64,000 nt of DNA, taken from Acetobacteraceae bacterium (GTDB taxonomy: Bacteria; Pseudomonadota; Alphaproteobacteria; Acetobacterales; Acetobacteraceae). The number at the start of each line of letters is the position of its first letter. The stretch's first letter is position 1. A model generated the notes under the pieces. The model made no database searches and was not told the origin of the DNA. It was given only the letters and a program-made list of their open reading frames with translations. Position numbers and translations under genes: made by a program. The stretch covers positions 253-64,252 of the forward strand of contig JAIYDD010000163.1 in assembly GCA_027487675.1 (NCBI GenBank), given 5' to 3'. Shown one piece after another: positions 38,860-48,961 of this stretch.

Positions 38860-40716
38860 ATGCGACGCCGCGACCTGCTCTCGATCTCCGCCGCCCTCGG
38901 CCTTGCGGCCCCGGGCCTGCACGCCGCCACCCCCGCCGGCGGCGCCGCCGCGCCCGGGCAGGCGGTGCGCACCCATGCGCTGTCGCTGCTGGGCGAGCCC
39001 GCCCTGCCCGCCGACTTCACCCATTTCCCCTGGGTGAACCCCTCGGCGCCCAAGGGCGGCGAGATCGTGCGCTGGGCGCTCGGCACCTTCGACAGCTTCA
39101 ACCCCTTCATCATCCGCGGCACGGCGGCCGTCGGCAGCGCGCTGATCTACGACACGCTGCTGAAGGAAAGCGCGGACGAGGCCAGCACCGAATACCCCTA
39201 TCTCGCCAGCTGGATCGACCTGCCCGCCGACCGCCGCGGCGTGACCTTCGAGCTGCACCAAGAGGCACGCTGGCACGACGGCCGCCCCGTCACCGCCGCC
39301 GACGTCGCCTGGACCTTCAACGCGCTGCGCCAGCACGGGCGGCCCTTCTTCCGGTCCTACTACGGCGACGTGACGGAGGTGGTGGCGGAGGCCGAGAAGC
39401 GCGTGACCTTCCGCTTCCGCGACGACCAGAACCGGGAACTCGCCCTGATCCTCGGCCAGATGCCGGTGCTGCCGCGCCACTGGTGGGAAGGCCGCGACTT
39501 CACCCGCCCCATCCTCGACCCGCCGCTGGGATCGGGCCCGTATCGCATCGAGCGCTTCGAGCCCGGCCGCAGCATCGTGCTGCGCCGGTCGCCGGCATGG
39601 TGGGCGCGCGACATCCCGACCATGCGCGGCACCCAGAACTTCGACACCATCCGCTTCGAATACTTCCGCGACAACACGGTCGCGCTGGAAGCCTTCAAGG
39701 CCGGCCAGATCGACTTCCGCACGGAGAACGTCGCGCGCGACTGGGCCACCGGCTACGACTTCCCCGCCCGCCGCCGCGGCCTGGTGAAGCTGGAGGAGCT
39801 GAGGCACGAGCTGCCCACCGGCATGCAGGCCTTCGTGGTGAACCTGCGCCGCCCGGTCTTCCAGGACCAGCGCGTGCGCCGCGCCCTGGTCGAGCTGTTC
39901 GACTTCGAGTGGATGAACGCCAACATCTTCTTCGGCGCCTATGCCCGCACCGCCAGCTACTTCAGCAATTCCGAACTCGCCTCCTCCGGCCTGCCGCAGG
40001 GGCGCGAGCGGGAGATCCTGGAAGGTTTTCGGGGCCGCGTGCCCGATGCCGTCTTCACCACGGAATTCCGCCTGCCCGTCACCGACGGATCGGGCAACAA
40101 CCGCGACGGCATCCGCCGCGCGCTGGGCCTGCTGCAGCAGGCCGGCTGGCGCGTGCAGGACCGCCGCCTGGTGAACGCGCAAGGCGCGCGCTTCGAGTTC
40201 GAGATCCTGCTCTCCTCCCCCACCTTCGAACGCGTGGCACTTCCCTACGTGCAGGCGCTGGAGCGCGTCGGCATGGCGGTGCGCGTGCGCACCGTGGACC
40301 CCGCGCAATACCAGCGGCGGATGGACAGCTTCGACTACGACATGACGCTGGGCGGCCAGGGCCAGAGCCTGTCGCCCGGCAACGAGCAGCGCGACTTCTT
40401 CACCTGCGCCAAGTCGCGGGAGGAAGGCAGCCGCAACATCTCCGGCATCTGCGACCCGGCGATCGACGCGCTGGTGGAGCTGGTGGTCAACGCGCCGGAC
40501 CGGGCGGAGCTGGTGGCGCGCACCCGCGCGCTGGACCGCGTGCTGCTCTCGCACGACTTCCTGGTGCCGCACTGGCACATCCAGTCCTTCCGCATCGCCT
40601 ATTGGGACAAGTTCGGCCGGCCGCCGCGCCATCCGCGCTTCGACATCGGGCTGGACAGCTGGTGGGTGGACCCGCAGCGCGAACAGGCGCTGGCGGAAGC
40701 GCGCCGCAGCCTCTGA
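38860..40716 (+). CDS. yejA: ABC peptide/microcin C-type transporter, periplasmic substrate-binding protein
   Basis: The start ATG 38860 gives a Tat/Sec signal 'MRRRDLLSISAALGLAAPGLHAA'. It is a family-5 SBP followed by yejB/E/F-like genes. Confidence 0.8.
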   Translation: MRRRDLLSISAALGLAAPGLHAATPAGGAAAPGQAVRTHALSLLGEPALPADFTHFPWVNPSAPKGGEIVRWALGTFDSFNPFIIRGTAAVGSALIYDTLLKESADEASTEYPYLASWIDLPADRRGVTFELHQEARWHDGRPVTAADVAWTFNALRQHGRPFFRSYYGDVTEVVAEAEKRVTFRFRDDQNRELALILGQMPVLPRHWWEGRDFTRPILDPPLGSGPYRIERFEPGRSIVLRRSPAWWARDIPTMRGTQNFDTIRFEYFRDNTVALEAFKAGQIDFRTENVARDWATGYDFPARRRGLVKLEELRHELPTGMQAFVVNLRRPVFQDQRVRRALVELFDFEWMNANIFFGAYARTASYFSNSELASSGLPQGREREILEGFRGRVPDAVFTTEFRLPVTDGSGNNRDGIRRALGLLQQAGWRVQDRRLVNAQGARFEFEILLSSPTFERVALPYVQALERVGMAVRVRTVDPAQYQRRMDSFDYDMTLGGQGQSLSPGNEQRDFFTCAKSREEGSRNISGICDPAIDALVELVVNAPDRAELVARTRALDRVLLSHDFLVPHWHIQSFRIAYWDKFGRPPRHPRFDIGLDSWWVDPQREQALAEARRSL

Positions 40717-40764
40717 CGCCGATGCGGCCACCCTTCCCGCGCCCGTCCCGGGCCGGCGGCTGAC

Positions 40765-41886
40765 ATGGCCGCCTATATCCTGCGCCGCCTGCTGCTGGTG
40801 GTGCCGACGCTGTTCGGCATCATCCTGATCAACTTCGCCGTGGTGCAGTTCGCGCCGGGCGGCCCCGTCGAGCAGATGCTGGCCGAGTTGCGCGGGGAAG
40901 GCCAGACGCTCGGCCGCCTGACCGGCGAAGGTGGCGGCGAGACGCGCCAGCCCGGCGCCGGCGCGCCCACGCAAGGCGGAGACGGCGCCGGCGGCGGGCC
41001 GGTCGGCACCTATCGCGGCGCGCGCGGGCTCGACCCCGCCATCGTCGCCGACATCGAGAAGCTGTTCGGCTTCGACAAGCCCGCGCATGTCCGCTTCCTC
41101 GACATGCTGCGCGGCTACCTGACCTTCGACTTCGGCCGCTCGCTGTTCCAGGACCGGCCGGTGGTGGACCTCATCATCGAGAAGATGCCGGTCTCCGTCA
41201 GCCTCGGCCTGTGGTCGACGCTGATCATCTACCTGGTCTCCATCCCGCTCGGCATCCGCAAGGCGGTGAAGGACGGCAGCCGCTTCGACGTCGCGACCAG
41301 CGGCGTGGTGCTGGTGGGCTACGCGATCCCGGGCTTCCTCTTCGCGATCCTGCTCGTCGTGCTCTTCGCCGGCGGATCCTTTCTGCAGTGGTTCCCGCTG
41401 CGCGGCCTGGCCACGCCCGGCAGCGAGACCTGGCCCTTCTGGGAGCGCGCGGGGGACTATGCCTGGCACATGGCGCTGCCGACGCTGGCGCTCGTCGTCG
41501 GCGGCTTCGCCGGGCTGACGATGCTGACCAAGAACAGCTTCCTGGACGAGATCGGCAAGCAATACGTCGTCACCGCCCGCGCCAAGGGCAACACCGAAAC
41601 CCGCACGCTCTACGGCCACGTCTTCCGCAACGCGATGCTGCTGATCATCGCCGGCTTCCCGGCGGCCTTCATCGGCATCCTGTTCACCGGCGCGCTGCTG
41701 GTGGAAATCGTCTTCTCGCTGGACGGGCTCGGCCTGCTGGGCTTCGAAGCGGCGATCCGACGCGACTACCCGATCATGTTCGCCACCCTCTACATCTTCA
41801 CGCTGCTCGGGTTGCTGATGCAGATCGTGGGGGACGTGACCTACACGGTGGTGGACCCCCGCATCGACTTCGAGGCGCGACGGTGA
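40765..41886 (+). CDS. yejB: ABC transporter permease
   Basis: 373 aa, a DppB/OppB-type permease with the YejB-typical insert after TM1. Confidence 0.85.
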   Translation: MAAYILRRLLLVVPTLFGIILINFAVVQFAPGGPVEQMLAELRGEGQTLGRLTGEGGGETRQPGAGAPTQGGDGAGGGPVGTYRGARGLDPAIVADIEKLFGFDKPAHVRFLDMLRGYLTFDFGRSLFQDRPVVDLIIEKMPVSVSLGLWSTLIIYLVSIPLGIRKAVKDGSRFDVATSGVVLVGYAIPGFLFAILLVVLFAGGSFLQWFPLRGLATPGSETWPFWERAGDYAWHMALPTLALVVGGFAGLTMLTKNSFLDEIGKQYVVTARAKGNTETRTLYGHVFRNAMLLIIAGFPAAFIGILFTGALLVEIVFSLDGLGLLGFEAAIRRDYPIMFATLYIFTLLGLLMQIVGDVTYTVVDPRIDFEARR

Positions 41887-41919
41887 TGGGGGTGGTGCTT
41901 GCGGTCGCGGTCGCGGGCG

Positions 41920-42135
41920 CGGGGGCGCTGCCCCCGCACCCCCGCCGGGGACCGTGGCGGTCCCCGGACCCCAGCCTTCAGTTTTTCAGTCGTTGTTCGG
42001 GGAGGGGGCCTCGCCGGTGCGCCAATGCCGCTGGCGCACATGGCCCCCTCCCCGAACAACGACCAAACCGATGCCGGGTCCAGGGGCGGCGCGCCCCTGG
42101 CGGGGGGTGCAGGGGGGCAGCGCCCCCCTGCGAAA
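41920..42135. repeat. composite hairpin repeat, family 2, copy D (inside the yej operon)
   Basis: It has the same scaffold as 8400-8678. The scaffold runs 'CCGGGG..CCCCGG-GACCCC..AGTTTTTCAGTCG', then a long hairpin 'TTGTTCGGGGAGGGGGCC...GGCCCCCTCCCCGAACAA', then 'CAAACCGATGCCGGGTCCAGGGG...CCCCTGG'. Confidence 0.65.
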
Positions 42136-42151
42136 CCGGACCATCCCCGGC

Positions 42152-43186
42152 ATGACCCCCATCACCCGTCGGCGTCTCGCCAATTTCCGCGCGAACAGGC
42201 GCGGGTTCTGGTCCTTGTGGATCTTCCTGCTGTTGTTCGTGCTGACGTTGTTCGCGGAGTTCGTCGCCAACGACAAGCCGCTGGTCGCGCGGGTGGACGA
42301 CAGGTGGTTGTTCCCGGTGCTGGTCGGCTATGCGGAAGCGGATGTGTTGCCGGACGGGCTGCCGATCGCGATGGACTGGCACGACCCGGAATTGCGGGAG
42401 GAATTCGCGCAGCGCGGCGGCTGGAGCGTCTGGCCGATCATCCCCTATCGGCACGACACGGTGGTGCGCGATCTCGGCCGGCCTTCGCCGGCGCCGCCAT
42501 CGGCGCGCAACTGGCTCGGCACGGACGACCAAGGGCGGGACGTGCTGGCGCGCGTGATCTACGGCTTCCGCATCTCGGTGCTGTTCGGCTTCAGCCTGAC
42601 CATCGTGAGTTCCATCATCGGCGTCGCGGCGGGTGCGGTGCAGGGCTATTACGGCGGCTGGGTGGATCTCGGCTTCCAGAGGTTCATCGAGATCTGGTCG
42701 GGCATGCCGCAGCTCTATCTGCTGATCATCCTGGCCAGCGTGATCGAGCCGACCTTCTGGACGCTGCTGGTCTTCCTGCTGCTGTTCAGCTGGATGGGCC
42801 TGACGGGCGTGGTACGCGCGGAATTCCTGCGCGGCCGCAACTTCGACTATGTGCGCGCCGCGCGCGCGATGGGGGTGGGCGACGTGACGCTGATGTTCCG
42901 CCACATCCTGCCGAATGCGATGGTCGCCACCCTGACCTTCCTGCCCTTCGTGCTGTCGGGTTCGGTGACGGTGCTGACCACGCTCGACTTCCTGGGCTTC
43001 GGCCTGCCGCCGGGTTCGGCCTCGCTGGGCGAGCTGGTGGCGCAGGGCAAGAACAACCTGCAGGCGCCCTGGCTCGGCATCAGCGCCTTCGTGGTGCTGG
43101 GCGGCGTGCTGACGCTGCTGATCTTCGTGGGCGAGGCGGTGCGCGACGCCTTCGATCCGCGCAAGCTGCCGGGGGGCGGGCGATGA
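42152..43186 (+). CDS. yejE: ABC transporter permease
   Basis: Trimmed from ORF 41954..43186 to the ATG at 42152 (344 aa). The longer ORF reads through the repeat. It is a DppC/OppC-type permease. Confidence 0.85.
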   Translation: MTPITRRRLANFRANRRGFWSLWIFLLLFVLTLFAEFVANDKPLVARVDDRWLFPVLVGYAEADVLPDGLPIAMDWHDPELREEFAQRGGWSVWPIIPYRHDTVVRDLGRPSPAPPSARNWLGTDDQGRDVLARVIYGFRISVLFGFSLTIVSSIIGVAAGAVQGYYGGWVDLGFQRFIEIWSGMPQLYLLIILASVIEPTFWTLLVFLLLFSWMGLTGVVRAEFLRGRNFDYVRAARAMGVGDVTLMFRHILPNAMVATLTFLPFVLSGSVTVLTTLDFLGFGLPPGSASLGELVAQGKNNLQAPWLGISAFVVLGGVLTLLIFVGEAVRDAFDPRKLPGGGR

Positions 43187-43249
43187 GCCGCATCGCACCC
43201 CATCAGCCCTATCCCCCCGACGGGGAGGAGAGCGCCGGCGCAGAGCACC

Positions 43250-43370
43250 GTCGGGGTGAGGGGGGCCATCGGGCTGAGGCGGGGCAGCCCCGATCCGCTC
43301 CCCCGGCGCACCCGGCGACCACGCCCCCCCTCACCCCGACCCTCTCCCCCCTTCGGGTGGAGAGGGAGAT
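43250..43370. repeat. REP cluster (family 3, inverted pair) between yejE and yejF
   Basis: 'GGGGTGAGGGGGGCC' at 43253-43267 faces 'CCCCCCCTCACCCCGACCCTCTCCCCCCTTCGGGTGGAGAGGG' at 43324-43366. Confidence 0.6.
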
Positions 43371-43406
43371 GGCCGGCACCGCGCCGGGCGACCGGGGCTG
43401 CACCCG

Positions 43407-45020
43407 ATGACCGCGCCCATTCTCTCGGTCGAGGACCTCTCCGTCGCCTTCCGCGGCAAGCCCGTGGTGCAGGGCGTGTCCTTCGACCTCCGCCGCGGCG
43501 AGACGGTCGCGCTGGTGGGCGAATCGGGCAGCGGCAAGTCCGTCACCGCGCTGTCCTGCCTGCGCCTGCTCGGCCCGGGCGGCAGCAACCCCGCGGGCCG
43601 CATCACCCTCGACGGCACGGATGTGCTGACCGCGGAAGGCGAGGCGCTGCGGCGGCTGCGCGGCGGCGTCGCCGGCATGGTCTTCCAGGAACCGATGACC
43701 TCGCTCAACCCGCTGCACACGGTGGGCCGCCAGGTGGGCGAGGCGATCACCCTGCACCGCCCCCTGCGCGGGGAGGCGCTGGACAGGCGCATCATCGAAT
43801 TGCTGCGCCGCGCGGGCTTCCCCGCCGCCGAATCGCGGCTCGGCGCCTATCCGCACCAGCTCTCCGGCGGCCAGCGCCAGCGGGTGATGATCGCGGCCGC
43901 GCTGGCCAACGACCCCGCTTTGCTGATTGCCGACGAACCCACCACCGCGCTCGACGTGACGATCCAGGCGCAGATCCTGGACCTGCTTGCGGATCTCAAG
44001 CGCCGGCTCGACATGGCGATGCTGCTGATCACCCACGACCTGCAGATCGTGAAGCGGCACGCCGACCGCGTCGTCGTCATGCGCCACGGCATCGCGGTGG
44101 AGCAGGGCCCGGTCGCCGAGGTCTTCGGCCATCCCCGCCACGACTACACGAAGATGCTGCTGGCCACCGAACCGCGCGGCCGCCCCGCGCCCGTCACGGC
44201 CGAGGCCCCGACGGTGCTGGAAGGCGACCAGGTGAAGGTGCATTTTCCGATCCGCCGCGGCCTGCTGCGCCGGACGGTCGCACATGTGAAGGCCGTCGAC
44301 GGCGTCTCCGTCGCGATCCGCGAGGGCGAGACGGTCGGCCTGGTCGGCGAATCGGGCAGCGGCAAGACCACGCTCGGCCTGGCCATGCTGCGCCTCGAGA
44401 CCAGCGAGGGCGCGATCCGCTTCGAAGGCCGCGACATCCAGGCGCTCGACCGCGGCGCGATGCGGCCGCTGCGCGCGCGCATGCAGATCGTCTTCCAGGA
44501 CCCCTATGGCTCGCTCAGCCCGCGCATGACGGTGGGCGAGATCGTGGGCGAGGGCCTGGCCGTCCACGAGCGCCTGCCCCGCGACCAGCAGGCGGCGCGC
44601 GTCGCCGACGCCCTGCGCGAAGTGGGCCTCGCGCCCGACATGGCGGAACGCTACCCGCACGAATTCAGCGGCGGCCAGCGCCAGCGCATCGCGATCGCCC
44701 GCGCCTTGGTCCTCAAGCCGCGGCTCGTCGTGCTCGACGAACCCACCAGCGCGCTCGACGTCTCGGTCCAGGCCCAGGTGGTGGAGCTGCTGCGCGAGCT
44801 GCAGGCCAAGCACCGCCTCGCCTACCTGTTCATCTCCCACGATCTGCGCGTGGTGCGCGCCATGGCGCACCGCATCGTCGTGCTGAAGGACGGCAAGGTC
44901 GTCGAGGAAGGCGAGGCCGAGGCGGTTGTCCGCGCCCCGCAGCAGCCCTACACGCGCGCGCTGATGGCGGCGGCCTTCGACCTTTCCGCCGCCGAAGCGG
45001 CGGGGCACGTCAGGACATGA
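43407..45020 (+). CDS. yejF: ABC transporter ATP-binding protein (two fused ABC domains)
   Basis: 537 aa with two Walker A motifs ('GESGSGKS' x2) and two signatures ('LSGGQRQR', 'FSGGQRQR'). Confidence 0.92.
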   Translation: MTAPILSVEDLSVAFRGKPVVQGVSFDLRRGETVALVGESGSGKSVTALSCLRLLGPGGSNPAGRITLDGTDVLTAEGEALRRLRGGVAGMVFQEPMTSLNPLHTVGRQVGEAITLHRPLRGEALDRRIIELLRRAGFPAAESRLGAYPHQLSGGQRQRVMIAAALANDPALLIADEPTTALDVTIQAQILDLLADLKRRLDMAMLLITHDLQIVKRHADRVVVMRHGIAVEQGPVAEVFGHPRHDYTKMLLATEPRGRPAPVTAEAPTVLEGDQVKVHFPIRRGLLRRTVAHVKAVDGVSVAIREGETVGLVGESGSGKTTLGLAMLRLETSEGAIRFEGRDIQALDRGAMRPLRARMQIVFQDPYGSLSPRMTVGEIVGEGLAVHERLPRDQQAARVADALREVGLAPDMAERYPHEFSGGQRQRIAIARALVLKPRLVVLDEPTSALDVSVQAQVVELLRELQAKHRLAYLFISHDLRVVRAMAHRIVVLKDGKVVEEGEAEAVVRAPQQPYTRALMAAAFDLSAAEAAGHVRT

Positions 45021-45499
45021 GCGCGACCGAGACCGGCGACCCCGACCCGACGCCGCCGCTCGAGATGATGAAGGCCCTGCTGGATGCCCAGGTGCTCAAG
45101 CTCGGCGTGCACATCCGCAGGATGAACTCGCCCGGCAGCCCGGTCTATCGGGCGGGGGAGAACATCTGGCCGGTCTCGCTGATCCTCGGCGCCTCCTTCG
45201 CCGGCACGGCGCTGGTGCACTACTACCTGGGCGCGGCGCTGCTGGTGGCGGGCTGCGTCTGGTGGCTGGGCAAGGTGCAGCCGCGCATCAAGGACGGCGT
45301 GTTCGACCGCACCTCCGCCTGGGCGCTGCAATCGGACGAGCATTTCGACGCGCTCTGGGCCAAGGGCGTGCTGAGCCTCTTCGCCGAGTTGCCCGATGGC
45401 CGCAAATTCGCCGCGACCCGCCGCGACGAATGGCGCGGCTTCGTCCGCCTGGTGGCCGCCGAGAGCCGCGTCGAACCCGCCCTGAAGGACGCCGCCTGA
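45017..45499 (+). CDS. hypothetical membrane protein
   Basis: 160 aa, the tail of ORF 43256..45499. Its ATG overlaps the yejF stop (ATGA) and its stop overlaps the next ATG (TGATG). It has two predicted TM helices. Confidence 0.55.
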   Translation: MSATETGDPDPTPPLEMMKALLDAQVLKLGVHIRRMNSPGSPVYRAGENIWPVSLILGASFAGTALVHYYLGAALLVAGCVWWLGKVQPRIKDGVFDRTSAWALQSDEHFDALWAKGVLSLFAELPDGRKFAATRRDEWRGFVRLVAAESRVEPALKDAA

Positions 45500-46431
45500 T
45501 GGCCGTGCTGCTCTCCACCAAGGCGGCGACCATGGCGATGTGGCGCGACGCGCTGCTAGCCGTCGATCCGACGCTTGAGATCCGGCTCTTTCCCGATGCC
45601 GGCGACCCTGCCGGGATCGAGGCCGCGGTGGTCTGGACCGCGCACGACATGGCGGAGCTGCGGCGCTATCCGAACCTTCGCCTCATCGTCTCGATGGGTG
45701 CCGGCGTCGACCATCTGCTGCGCCCGCCGGGCCCGCCGCCCGGCATCCCGGTGGCCCGCCTGGTGGACCGGATGCTGACCACGCAGATGGGCGAATGGGT
45801 GCTGCTGAACGTGCTGCGCTTCCATCGCCAGGACCTCGACTACCGCGCCCAGCAGCGGGACCGCGTCTGGCTGGAACTGCCCGCGCCGGTCACGGCGGAA
45901 CGCCGCATCGGCATACTGGGCCTGGGCGAGCTCGGCACGCATGCGGCCGGGCTGCTGCGCGGCCTGGGCTTCCCCGTGATGGGCTGGTCGCGGCGGCCGA
46001 AGGACGTGCCGGGCGTGCAGGGCTTCCACGGCCCGGACGGGCTGGCCGCCATGGCCGCGCGATCGGACATGCTGGTCTGCCTGCTGCCGCTGACGCCGGA
46101 GACGCGCGGGATCGTCGATGCGAAGCTGCTCGGCCTGCTGCCGCGCGGCGCCTTCGTCATCAACGGGGCGCGCGGCGCGCATGTGGTGGATGCCGACCTG
46201 CTGGCGGCGCTGGAGGGCGGCCAGGTGGCGGGCGCAGCGCTCGACGTCTTCGACCCGGAACCGCTGCCCGCGGCGCACCCCTTCTGGGCGCATCTGCGGG
46301 TGGTGATGACGCCGCATGCCGCGAGCATCACCATCCCCGCCAGCGCCGCGCCGCAGCTGGTGGAGAACATCCACCGCGCCCGCCGTGGCGATGCGCCGCT
46401 GAACCTGGTGGATTTCGGCGCCGGCTACTGA
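45499..46431 (+). CDS. D-2-hydroxyacid dehydrogenase (glyoxylate/hydroxypyruvate reductase A-like)
   Basis: 310 aa. The NAD site is 'IGILGLGELG', with 'VINGARG', 'ALDVFDPEPLP' and 'MTPHAAS'. Confidence 0.85.
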   Translation: MAVLLSTKAATMAMWRDALLAVDPTLEIRLFPDAGDPAGIEAAVVWTAHDMAELRRYPNLRLIVSMGAGVDHLLRPPGPPPGIPVARLVDRMLTTQMGEWVLLNVLRFHRQDLDYRAQQRDRVWLELPAPVTAERRIGILGLGELGTHAAGLLRGLGFPVMGWSRRPKDVPGVQGFHGPDGLAAMAARSDMLVCLLPLTPETRGIVDAKLLGLLPRGAFVINGARGAHVVDADLLAALEGGQVAGAALDVFDPEPLPAAHPFWAHLRVVMTPHAASITIPASAAPQLVENIHRARRGDAPLNLVDFGAGY

Positions 46432-46480
46432 GCGGCGCGCCGCGCCCCGCCAATCCTTCGCGTCTCTGTTTTCCCCTGAG

Positions 46481-46549
46481 GCCGGTCCAGGGCGGCAGCC
46501 CTGGTGGTGGGGGGTACGGGGGTGAGGCGAAGCCTCCCCCCGGGCCACC
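46481..46549 (-). repeat. internal fragment of the MITE-like family
   Basis: 'GCCGGTCCAGGGCGGCAGCCCTGGT...GCCTCCCCCCGGGCC' matches the centre of copy C (11600-11680). Confidence 0.55.
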
Positions 46550-46590
46550 GAGCGCTGCTTCGCCCGCGACCTTGCCCGTCCGGCGCGCAT

Positions 46591-46715
46591 ATCCCCGCGT
46601 CCCTCCGGGCCGCCCATTCCTGCGCCCCTCCGGGCCGCCCATCCCCGCGCCCCTCCGGGGCGCCCATCCCCGCGCCCCTCCGGGGCGCCCATCCCCGCGC
46701 CCCTCCGGGGCGACG
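46591..46715. repeat. 5 x 25-bp tandem array of hairpin units
   Basis: The units 'ATCCCCGCGCCCCTCCGGGGCGCCC' (copies 3 and 4 identical, 1, 2 and 5 variants) are head to tail. Each contains the palindrome GCGCCCC-TCC-GGGGCGC. The array lies between the convergent stops at 46431 and 46762. Confidence 0.85.
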
Positions 46716-46761
46716 ATCCGCGCCCCCCGGCGCGCATCGTCGTCCTGGAGGTGGCGGTCGT

Positions 46762-47160
46762 TCAGCCCGCCTTGCGGGAGGCCTCGGTGCCGGTCTCGGC
46801 CGGCGCCGGCACCTCGGCCGCCGTCTGCTCGGCCTGCGCCATGATGTTGCGCATGTCGCGCAGGAAGGCGGCGCCCTTCAGCGTGCGCTGCACCAGCACG
46901 CTGCGGCGGTCCATCGGGTCCACCTTGCGCCGCGCCAGGTCCAGCTCCCCCAGCCGGTCGAGCGCGCGGGTGATGGCGGGCTTGGACACGTTCAGTTCCG
47001 CCGCCAGGCCGCGCACGGTGTGCGGCCCGTCGGTGAGGTAGACGGTCAGAAAGACGCCGAGTTGTCGGGCCGAAAGGTCCGGTCCGTCGCGGCGGACGAG
47101 GGCGACGACTGTATCGCGCAGGATACCGACGAGCACGTCCGGGTTGGTCTGCGTGGCCAT
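46762..47160 (-). CDS. MarR-family transcriptional regulator
   Basis: Trimmed from ORF 46762..47463 to the ATG at 47160 (132 aa, SD 'AGGAAGGA' upstream). The winged helix is 'LSARQLGVFLTVY...VRGLAAELNVSKPAITRALDRLGELDLARRKVDPMDRRSV'. Confidence 0.8.
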   Translation of the reverse strand: MATQTNPDVLVGILRDTVVALVRRDGPDLSARQLGVFLTVYLTDGPHTVRGLAAELNVSKPAITRALDRLGELDLARRKVDPMDRRSVLVQRTLKGAAFLRDMRNIMAQAEQTAAEVPAPAETGTEASRKAG

Positions 47161-47332
47161 GGTCTCAAATCCTTCCTGGGCGCGGTCAAGGGCTGCCGTT
47201 GCCGCTTTCGCCTTGGCGCCGGACTTTCGCTTGGCGCGCTCCTCCGATGGGTCATTCCGTGAAAGGTGCTTGCGCGTCCCAACCTTCTGAGAGCGGCGTG
47301 ACCGAGAAAGTTCCCGTTTCATCTTGGCTTTG

Positions 47333-48727
47333 TTACCGCTTCGGGTTGTCGGGTCGCGCGGCCAGGTCGCCGACAGCGCGGAAGATCGCCCGCGCTGCCT
47401 GGACCTCGCCACCCTCGGGGCGCCCCGCCCTGGACTGCTCGTTCCAGGCATGGAGGTCGACATGGCACCATGGCTGGCCCTCCGCGACGAACCTGCTCAG
47501 GAACAGCGCCGCGACGATGGCGCCCGCCATCGGCCGCGACGCCACGTTGTTCAGGTCCGCGACCTGGCTGTCCAGCCATGCTTCGTAGTCTTCATGCAAC
47601 GGAAGCTGCCAGAGCGGATCGGCTTCCGCAACACCTGCATCGATAAGGTGGTGCGCCAGGACATCATCCGACGCGAACAGCGCCGGCAGGTCCGGGCCCA
47701 GCGCCACCCGCGCCGCCCCGGTCAGCGTCGCGCAATCGATCACCAGCGCCGGCGCGTGTTCCGCCGCGAAGGCCAGCAGGTCGGCCAGCACCAGCCGCCC
47801 CTCGGCGTCGGTGTTGCCGATCTCCACCGTCAGCCCCTTGCGGGTGCGGATCACGTCGAGCGGCCGGAAGGCGGTGCCGGAGACGGCGTTTTCCACCGCG
47901 CCGACCAGCAGCAGCAGGCGCACGGGCAGGCGGGCGGACATGATCATCTCCGCCGCCGCGATCACGCTGGCCGCGCCGCCCATGTCCTTCTTCATCCGCT
48001 TCATGGCATCGGCGGGTTTCAGGTCGAGCCCGCCGGTGTCGAAGCACACTCCCTTGCCGCACAGCGCCACCAGCGGCCCCGTCGCGCTGCCGTCCCACCG
48101 CAGCACCGCGACGCGCGGCGCGCGCGGCGATCCGTTGCCCACCGCGGCGACGGCGGGGAAGCCTTCCTCCAGCGCCGGGCCGGAAATCTCCTCGAACGCC
48201 GCGCCATGCTCGGCGGCGAGCCCGGCCACCGCGGCGGCGAGCTCGGCCGGACCCAGATGGCCGGCGGGCGTGTTGATCAGGTCGCGGCCGCGACGGATGG
48301 CCGCCGCGCGCAGCCGGGCGCCCTCGGTCCCCGCGGGCGCGACCAGCAGCGCCGGGCCGCGCGCGGCATCCGTCCGGAAACGGCGGAAGCGATAGGCGCC
48401 GAGGCTCCAGCCCAGCACCGCCGCCGAAGGGTCGTGCGCATCCACCAGGTGCCAGGCGCTGCCTTCCGGCAGGGCGAAGGGCAGCGCGCCGAACGACCAG
48501 GGCGAGGAGGCGGCGTCCGGCGCCGCGCCGAGGCCCAACACCGCGCCCGCCACGCCTTCGGGGCCGGGCAGCAGGCACAGGTCCTGCGCCTTGGCCTTGA
48601 AGCCGCTGGCCCTGGCGAAGGCCGCCTGCATCGGCGGCAGGCCGGCAAGCCAAGTCTCCAGCGCCACCGGCGCCACCGCATGCAGCGGCAGCGATCCCGG
48701 CTCCGCGCTGGTCAGCCCATCGAGCAT
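47333..48727 (-). CDS. M17 leucyl aminopeptidase family protein
   Basis: Motifs are 'CGKGVCFDTGGLDLKP', 'MKKDMGGAA' and 'NTDAEGRLVLAD'. The start is either ATG 48727 or 48760. Confidence 0.88.
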   Translation of the reverse strand: MLDGLTSAEPGSLPLHAVAPVALETWLAGLPPMQAAFARASGFKAKAQDLCLLPGPEGVAGAVLGLGAAPDAASSPWSFGALPFALPEGSAWHLVDAHDPSAAVLGWSLGAYRFRRFRTDAARGPALLVAPAGTEGARLRAAAIRRGRDLINTPAGHLGPAELAAAVAGLAAEHGAAFEEISGPALEEGFPAVAAVGNGSPRAPRVAVLRWDGSATGPLVALCGKGVCFDTGGLDLKPADAMKRMKKDMGGAASVIAAAEMIMSARLPVRLLLLVGAVENAVSGTAFRPLDVIRTRKGLTVEIGNTDAEGRLVLADLLAFAAEHAPALVIDCATLTGAARVALGPDLPALFASDDVLAHHLIDAGVAEADPLWQLPLHEDYEAWLDSQVADLNNVASRPMAGAIVAALFLSRFVAEGQPWCHVDLHAWNEQSRAGRPEGGEVQAARAIFRAVGDLAARPDNPKR

Positions 48728-48961
48728 TCCCGTTCCCCGCGATCCGCAGGCCGGAACCACCGGCTTCGCTGCGAATCGTCAGAGATCGTTACCACGGAGT
48801 CCCGCGAATTGCCATGACTGGCGGAAATAGATGTTTCTCTCAGCACATGGAGGAGGTGGCAAACACATTACGCAACCGGGGCGGGAGCGGGAAGCGCCGT
48901 TTCGCCAAGCCTGCGCGGAATGCGCGAACCGCACGCCCGTCCTGGAGCCCCGGCGGCCGGG

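Noticed and set aside
48728-48961. Lower-GC gap with an SD-like 'GGAGGAGGTG' and ORF 48814..49110 on the plus strand, as a possible small gene or riboswitch.
   Set aside because: The ORF runs antisense into the KpsS 3' end with Arg/Pro-rich translation. The region is more simply the promoter/5' UTR of the M17 peptidase gene, and I recognise no conserved riboswitch motif.
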